Source of the DNA: an uncultured Planctomycetia bacterium
Lineage (GTDB): Bacteria; 4484-113; JAGGVC01
Direction of reading: 5' to 3'
Assembly: GCA_964388445.1 (NCBI GenBank)
Contig: CAYMAI010000006.1
Span: forward strand, 24,182 to 88,181
Length of the DNA stretch: 64,000 bases
Each line of letters begins with the position of its first letter. Position 1 is the first letter of the stretch. A model generated the notes under the pieces. The model was given only the letters and a program-made list of their open reading frames with translations. It searched no databases and was not told where the DNA came from. Shown one piece after another: positions 58,607 to 64,000 of the stretch. Both the position numbers and the translations under genes were made by a program.

Positions 58607-59995
58607 CTATCGGCCGTAGCCGAGTTTGTTTCTACCATCGAGCGCGGCGATTTTATACACTTCGGCGAGCGTAGGATAATTAAAAACCGTATCGATGAAA
58701 TAATTGAGCGTTCCATTGTTCAACAGAACCGCCTGTCCGATGTGTATGAGTTCGGTCGCTTGCGTGCCTATGATGTGAACCCCGAATATCTCGCGAGTAT
58801 CGGGATTGAAAAGAATTTTGATGATGCCGTCCTCGTCGAACATAATCTGGCCCTTGGCGGTGTCCAAATAATGCCCGATGCCGGTTAGGTATGGTTTGCC
58901 TTCTTTAATCAGCTGCTGCTCGCTCGCTCCGACCATCGATATTTCGGGAACGGTGTAAATGCCGTAGGGAAAAACTTCCTGAAACGGAGTGTCCTTCAAA
59001 CCGAGAAGGCTGTTTGCCGCCTTTCGCCCTTGTTCGAGCGATGTCGAAGCTAGACTGGGGAAACCGATTACGTCGCCCGCCGCCCAAACGTTCGGCGCCT
59101 CGGTTTTGAAATGCTCGTCAACTTTCAGATAGCCTCTATCGTCGGGAGTCACGCCGACCGCTTCGAGGTTCAAATCGAGAGTCGCTCCCCAACGCTGCGC
59201 CGCGAACATAACGAGGTCCGCTTCGAAAGTTGTTCCGCTTTGAAGCTTTCCGACTACGCTATCGCCGTCGACGCGAATGGTTTCGATAAGGTCGTTGAAA
59301 TGAAATTTTACGCCGTTCCGGGTCATATGGCGGGAAAGCGCTTCCACAAGTTCGCTGTCCACGAAGTGAAGCATGTCCGGATATTGGCTGATAAGGTGCA
59401 CTTCGGTTTCGAGCAGGCAGAACATAGCCGCATATTCGACGCCGACCACGCCGCCACCGACGATGAGCATCTTTTTCGGAAGGACGGGCAGATTCATTAT
59501 TTCGTCCGTGACGATAATGCGCTGCTCGTCGAACGGAACGCGCTCAGGCCGGTGGGGCATCGTACCGCAGGCGATTACGAATTTTTCGGCGGAAACTTCC
59601 TTCGGGCCTTTGCTGCTGGTAACGCAGATGGAGTTCGGGCCGATAAACCTGCCGATTCCGGTGAGGACTTCGACGCCGTTTCGTTCCAGCTGGTCGTGGA
59701 TTATTTCCACTTCCTTGCGGATAATCGCGTTCGAGCGGAACAAGAGGTCTTCGACCGTGATGTCTTTTTTTACGCAATAATCGTCGCCGTAAACTTTGCG
59801 CTCGTAATAGCCGGAAAGGTATATGATGGCTTCGCGCAGCGTTTTCGAAGGAATGGTGCCGACGTGAAGACAAAGCCCGCCGACGACTTCACGCCTGTCC
59901 ACGATTGCGACACGGCGGCCGACTTTCGCGCATTTGATCGCGGCCTTTTGTCCGGCAGGCCCGCAGCCGACAACGATTACGTCATAGTCGAACAT
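58607..59995 (-). CDS. sthA: Si-specific NAD(P)+ transhydrogenase (soluble pyridine nucleotide transhydrogenase)
   Basis: FAD motif VIVVGCGPAGQKAA. The motif GGLCLHVGTIPSKTLREA has a single Cys, which is SthA-like rather than the CxxxxC of Lpd. NAD motif LIVGGGVVGVEYA. Confidence 0.8.
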   Translation of the reverse strand: MFDYDVIVVGCGPAGQKAAIKCAKVGRRVAIVDRREVVGGLCLHVGTIPSKTLREAIIYLSGYYERKVYGDDYCVKKDITVEDLLFRSNAIIRKEVEIIHDQLERNGVEVLTGIGRFIGPNSICVTSSKGPKEVSAEKFVIACGTMPHRPERVPFDEQRIIVTDEIMNLPVLPKKMLIVGGGVVGVEYAAMFCLLETEVHLISQYPDMLHFVDSELVEALSRHMTRNGVKFHFNDLIETIRVDGDSVVGKLQSGTTFEADLVMFAAQRWGATLDLNLEAVGVTPDDRGYLKVDEHFKTEAPNVWAAGDVIGFPSLASTSLEQGRKAANSLLGLKDTPFQEVFPYGIYTVPEISMVGASEQQLIKEGKPYLTGIGHYLDTAKGQIMFDEDGIIKILFNPDTREIFGVHIIGTQATELIHIGQAVLLNNGTLNYFIDTVFNYPTLAEVYKIAALDGRNKLGYGR

Positions 59996-60114
59996 TTAGC
60001 TCCCCGCGCAAGGCGGCGCCCGGAAATACTATAACAATCCGGCGCGAACAGAAAGCCCTGCCCCGGAAAGTACTGCTATACCGGAGCGGCAGGGAAATAA
60101 TGTAAATAATCCGG

Positions 60115-60138
60115 ATTCGGCAATACGCCTTGCCGAAT
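60115..60138 (-). terminator. candidate intrinsic terminator after the DUF302-like gene
   Basis: Perfect 9-bp stem ATTCGGCAA / TTGCCGAAT with a 6-nt loop, starting 8 nt after the stop codon. It is followed by an interrupted T-rich stretch. Confidence 0.4.
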
Positions 60139-60145
60139 TGGTTCT

Positions 60146-60838
60146 TTAAATAGTCATCACGCAGAAAAACAATGCGGTTTTGCCGAGTTCCTCGACCACT
60201 TCCAAAAGTTCCGGATTCGGCGACGCCGAGGGGTTGGTTATGCCGAAAAACGTGAACGTTGCTCCGCAAATTGCGGGCGGCCCCTCGTAGGGCAATGTAT
60301 TCGCCAGCCGCTCTTCCCCGGTCATTCCCGAAACCGGTTTGCCGCTCGTGCTTGAAATCGTGTAATCCGGCGTCCCCGCATAATCGTCGAGCACAATTTC
60401 GAAGTGCATCGGGGCGGAAGCGTACCAATCCCCATCCGCTTCGAGGGCTTTTCTGGCGAGATCGGGGCTGTAAATTCCGATGAATATCTTTTTGTGCGTA
60501 TCCCTTCCCGTGTAAGGTTTCATTTCTTCCGGATACTCATCTACGATTTCGTATTCGTACAGAACCGTCAGCCCGTTTCGCTTCGCGAATTTATGAATTC
60601 CGTCGATTACGTCCTGCAAGTTTGTGCTATTGCCTGCGTAAACGCCTTTTTTGTACGAAAAACCTTGGCCGGGCGCGCGTTCATTGTGCGAAATATTCTT
60701 ACCTTGAGCGGCGTGAACATCGGAGTTCGAAACTACGACGCCTTCGTTTGTCAGTTCTTGCGCCAGACTTAATGCAGGCACGGCAAACGCAAACAAAACA
60801 GCCGCAACCGAAACGACCGCAAACCTATCGATTTTCAT
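60146..60838 (-). CDS. secreted protein with a divergent DUF302-like core and C-terminal extension
   Basis: SD GGAGG lies 6-8 nt upstream of the ATG at 60838. Signal peptide MKIDRFAVVSVAAVLFAFAVPALSLA. The core IDGIHKFAKRNGLTVLYEYEI...IFIGIYSPDLARKALEAD...APMHFEIV resembles the neighbouring DUF302 protein. Confidence 0.6.
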   Translation of the reverse strand: MKIDRFAVVSVAAVLFAFAVPALSLAQELTNEGVVVSNSDVHAAQGKNISHNERAPGQGFSYKKGVYAGNSTNLQDVIDGIHKFAKRNGLTVLYEYEIVDEYPEEMKPYTGRDTHKKIFIGIYSPDLARKALEADGDWYASAPMHFEIVLDDYAGTPDYTISSTSGKPVSGMTGEERLANTLPYEGPPAICGATFTFFGITNPSASPNPELLEVVEELGKTALFFCVMTI

Positions 60839-60922
60839 TGGGTGCACCTCCTTTCGGGCGCGCAAAGCATAGCACGGATGCCGCTTCGCCGCAACCGGTA
60901 AAACTAAGGATGTACGACGCGA

Positions 60923-61423
60923 CTAAAGCGCGGCGAGCACGTTAAGCGATTTTTCGATTAGCTGGTGGGAAATAGGAGCGAGCGCGTCGTTGCCCGTCGC
61001 AATCGGGAGCATCCCCGGGTGTTTGATGGCCACCGCGGCGTTGCCGTCCGGCAGTTCGCGAATGACGACCGTGCACGGCATCATTATCCCGGCCCATTCC
61101 TCGTTTGAGTATGTCTCGAAAGCCAGTTCGGGGTGGCACGCGGCCAGCAGCAGGTAGCGCAGAATGTCTTTGCCGAGTTTCGCTTTCATAACAGCCTGAA
61201 AATCGGTCTCGTGCTGTATGCCGAAGCCTTCCGATTTAAGCGCTTCCGTCACACGTTCGTACGCTTCGTCGAAACCGTAATCTAGGGTTACAGCGAAGTA
61301 ATAGCCGCCGTCTTCGACTTCCGCCGCCTGCGCGGGAGCCGAGAAGCTCGACGCGAGAATAAAGGCCGCCGCAAAAACCGCGACCGCCGCGAAAACACCT
61401 AAACCGCCGATTACCTTGTTCAT
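60923..61423 (-). CDS. secreted DUF302 domain protein
   Basis: SD GGAGG lies 6 nt upstream of the ATG at 61423. Signal peptide ...SFSAPAQA. Core LLLAACHPELAFE...MMPCTVVIRELPDG matches the DUF302 pattern. Confidence 0.75.
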   Translation of the reverse strand: MNKVIGGLGVFAAVAVFAAAFILASSFSAPAQAAEVEDGGYYFAVTLDYGFDEAYERVTEALKSEGFGIQHETDFQAVMKAKLGKDILRYLLLAACHPELAFETYSNEEWAGIMMPCTVVIRELPDGNAAVAIKHPGMLPIATGNDALAPISHQLIEKSLNVLAAL

Positions 61424-61543
61424 ACCGAACCTCCATTTCCGGAATATCCGGAGAAGTATTGTCATTCAATTCCGTCCGGGCGCGAACTCGGCCCGGCAAA
61501 AGCTATATACCTTGCTTCCCGCGATTACGTACTTCGAGGACGA

Positions 61544-62803
61544 TTACTCGTAGCGAAGCGCGTCAATCGGGTCGAGCCGGCTGGCCTTGAAAGCGGGGTA
61601 AACGCCGAAGAATATGCCGATGAAAGAGCTGATTGCGAGCGTGAAAATAACTATGTGAACGGGCATGTGAACGTTCCAGTTAGTTTCCAGAATCTTGCCG
61701 AGCCATTTTGCGACGGCGAATCCCGTTCCGATTCCGCCCAAAAGCCCGAGAACTCCTCCCATGAAAGTCAAGACGACTGCCTCGATTAAAAATTGGAGAA
61801 GAATTACTACGCGGCGCGCGCCGAGGGCCATTCGGAGGCCGATTTCGCGCGTTCGCTCTGTGACGCTTACAAGCATAATATTCATGATTCCGATTCCGCC
61901 GACGATTAGCGAAATCACCGCCACGACGCCGAAAACGGTCACGAGTCCGTTGACGAAAGTGTTTGCGAAATCGAGAAAGTCGCTCATGAACATAATCTGG
62001 AAGTTGTCCATGCTCGGGTCGGTGACGCGCCGCTGGCGCCGCAATATGCGCTCGGCCTGCGCCTTCGCTTCGTCCGCTTTTTCGATATCGGACAGCTTTA
62101 TCATTATGTATTGGACTTTCTTGTTGCCGAGAAACCGGCTTTGAACGGTCGTGTATGGAACGAATATCGCGTCGTCCAATCCTTGCCCGCCGAAGCCGCC
62201 GCCTTTCTTTTCGAGTATTCCGATCACGGTTAGGGCTTGCGTGCCGAACGCGCCGCTGGAAACGTTGATCCTTTTTCCGAGCGGGTCGATAAGCGGGGGA
62301 AACATTTCCTCCGCGACTTTCGAGCCGATTATAACTATGCGCGCTCTGGCCAAAATGTCGCCTTTGTCTATAGGGCGGCCGCTGACGAGTTTAAGCCCGT
62401 AATTTTCCCGCATGAACTCGTCCGTGCCTTCGATGACGACGTTCTTGTTCCTATCCATGAACTTGGCGGTGCCCCAAGTTTCGTACGCCGCGCTTGCATG
62501 GCTGAAAAGCCCGCTGGCGTCTTTGCGCAGCGCATCAACGTCGTCCATCTCGAAGAGACGGCTTTGAACGTTCGTGCGGCTTTGCCCGGGCCGCGCAGGC
62601 GCCTGCGGAATGGCCCACATCACGTCGTTTCCCATGCTGCCGATTTGGCCGGCGAACATCATTTTCAGGCCTTCGCCGAGCGAAACGATACTGATAACCG
62701 ACAGGACTCCTATCATCAGGCCGAGAAGCGTCAGGATGCTGCGCACCTTGTTCATCATTAGGTTGCGCCAGGCGATTTTGAAATTCGTTACGAGAACGGA
62801 CAA
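61544..62803 (-). CDS. ABC transporter permease, MacB/FtsX-like
   Basis: N-terminal TM helix, large periplasmic MacB-type core domain, and a C-terminal FtsX-type 3-TM bundle (GIGIMNIMLVSVTERTREIGLRMALGA). Confidence 0.88.
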   Translation of the reverse strand: MSVLVTNFKIAWRNLMMNKVRSILTLLGLMIGVLSVISIVSLGEGLKMMFAGQIGSMGNDVMWAIPQAPARPGQSRTNVQSRLFEMDDVDALRKDASGLFSHASAAYETWGTAKFMDRNKNVVIEGTDEFMRENYGLKLVSGRPIDKGDILARARIVIIGSKVAEEMFPPLIDPLGKRINVSSGAFGTQALTVIGILEKKGGGFGGQGLDDAIFVPYTTVQSRFLGNKKVQYIMIKLSDIEKADEAKAQAERILRRQRRVTDPSMDNFQIMFMSDFLDFANTFVNGLVTVFGVVAVISLIVGGIGIMNIMLVSVTERTREIGLRMALGARRVVILLQFLIEAVVLTFMGGVLGLLGGIGTGFAVAKWLGKILETNWNVHMPVHIVIFTLAISSFIGIFFGVYPAFKASRLDPIDALRYE

Positions 62804-62818
62804 GCCCGATGCCTCTTT

Positions 62819-64000
62819 TTACTCGATTTTTACTTCGCCGCCGAAACGCGTCGTCGTCGCCTGCGGAACGTTTTCGACCATCACTAGTTCGCCTTCTTCG
62901 ATGCCTTCCATGATTTCGGTGTGTTCGTAATCCGTCGAGCCGAGTTTGACCTTGCGCTTTTCGGGCTTGACGCGGCCCCGGGCGTCGGTGCCTTTCACGT
63001 ACACGATAGTGCCGAGCTCGTCGTCCGTTCGCACGACGTCGTATGGCACGACTATCGCGTTTTCCACGGTTTGGGCGACAATCTCCACGTTCGCCGTCAT
63101 CGCGCTCAAAAGCCGGCGGTCGGCATTGTCCACTTCGATTATCACCGTGAAGCTTGTTATTCCGCCGGCGCTCGCGCCCTGCTGGAAGATGTTCGCGACG
63201 AGACCGTCGAATTTCTCCATCGGATATGCGTCCACTTCGACGACCACCTTCTGGCCCTTTTCGACGCGGCCTATGTCTATTTCGTCCACGCTCGCCCGAA
63301 TTTGGACCTCGGCCAGGTCGGCTATTTCGCAGATGGTCGTGCCTTCGCCGAACACGCCGGTGGATGAAACCACGGTGTCGCCTTCCTCGACATTTTTCAT
63401 GAGAACGGTGCCGGAAATGGGACAGATAATCGTCGCGTCGCCGAGGCCTTTGCGGGCGTCATCGAGGTCCACTTTCGAAAGCTGCCATGCGATTTCAGCG
63501 GCTTTTACGTCTTCGGCGGTTTTTTCCTCGGACTGAATGGCAAGCTGGGCCTCGGCCTGCGACAGTGCGAGTTTAGCCTCGTCCCGCCTTCTTCCGGCTT
63601 CGTCGAGTTCCTGGCTTGTCGCGTAATCTTTGGAATGAAGTTCCTTCACCCTGCCGTAATAAAGCTCGGCTTGATCAAGGGCGAGTTTTGCGGTATCGAC
63701 GTTCGACTTCAGCGAAACGAGAGTGGCCTTGTTCGAGCTTCCCTTCACCTGTTCGAGCTGGACTTTGCGAAGCCTCTCGGTTAGTTCCGCCCGGCGAAGG
63801 TTGATTTTCTGGTTGGTTTGATCGAGCTTGGCGATGAGATCGCCCGGCTTAACTTCGTCGCCTTCCTTGATGTAAAGGTTTTCGATTCTGCCGGATGCCT
63901 CGCTTTTGATTCGAACGCGAGACTTCGGCTCTATAAGGCCGGTCGCCTTGATAGTGACGCGAATGTCACCGCGCTCCACGGGCTTGAATCTTTTATCTTC
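62819..64000 (-). CDS. efflux periplasmic adaptor (HlyD/MacA family), 5' end outside the window
   Basis: The frame stays open from 63979 to the window edge. Motifs ATGLIEPKSRVRIKSEASGRI and IKEGDEVKPGDLIAKLD, then coiled coil and beta-barrel domains. Confidence 0.85.
   Translation of the reverse strand, partial: EDKRFKPVERGDIRVTIKATGLIEPKSRVRIKSEASGRIENLYIKEGDEVKPGDLIAKLDQTNQKINLRRAELTERLRKVQLEQVKGSSNKATLVSLKSNVDTAKLALDQAELYYGRVKELHSKDYATSQELDEAGRRRDEAKLALSQAEAQLAIQSEEKTAEDVKAAEIAWQLSKVDLDDARKGLGDATIICPISGTVLMKNVEEGDTVVSSTGVFGEGTTICEIADLAEVQIRASVDEIDIGRVEKGQKVVVEVDAYPMEKFDGLVANIFQQGASAGGITSFTVIIEVDNADRRLLSAMTANVEIVAQTVENAIVVPYDVVRTDDELGTIVYVKGTDARGRVKPEKRKVKLGSTDYEHTEIMEGIEEGELVMVENVPQATTTRFGGEVKIE

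Noticed and set aside
1-64000. A search for CRISPR repeats, IS or transposon ends, integrases, tRNA or rRNA genes and large tandem repeats.
   Set aside because: None was seen. Every gap longer than 100 bp was read by eye: 8671-8774, 12705-12828, 17886-18120, 37257-37445, 43518-43621, 58382-58606 and 59996-60145. They contain only promoter-, operator- or hairpin-like sequence.

Overview
GC-rich (by eye about 55-60% GC, not computed), very gene-dense chromosomal segment from an aerobic, diderm bacterium; LptD-like, TolC-family, Tat and RND genes are all present. I call about 59 CDS. No intergenic gap exceeds about 240 bp. I found no rRNA, tRNA, CRISPR array, transposase, integrase or phage genes. 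Main blocks: (1) a DHH-like gene, a ROK kinase, an amber-interrupted DUF6081-like gene and an AT-rich DUF4258/YgiT toxin-antitoxin islet; (2) mnmE, DUF3179 and divergent heme O / heme A synthases; (3) a complete Pho regulon unit phoB-phoR-pstSCAB-phoU with candidate Pho boxes; (4) an LptD-like gene, pcm, a sigma-70 factor and a Met-rich secreted protein; (5) tatC and a TatA/B gene, a metal ABC pair and pspA; (6) an M16 peptidase pair and a TetR-TolC-MFP-RND operon; (7) an ftsE-ftsX-M23-S41 protease-NYN-secreted protein operon; (8) a roughly 14-kb co-directional respiratory supercluster, Alternative Complex III actABCDEF(G-like)-SCO-caa3 oxidase ctaCDEF plus a second subunit-III paralogue; (9) sthA, tandem secreted DUF302-like genes and a MacAB-type efflux pair truncated at the window end. 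This looks like core genome. I do not see a convincing new multi-gene system such as a defence island or mobile element. The points worth a second look are local: an ftsX whose conserved N-terminus lies upstream of any canonical start codon, an in-frame TAG in a single-domain gene, a His-rich insertion in oxidase subunit III, an NYN gene coupled to the divisome-hydrolase operon, an 8% Met secreted protein next to a sigma factor, and several candidate operator or Pho-box sites. Family names such as DUF numbers come from my recollection of motifs, not from a database search.
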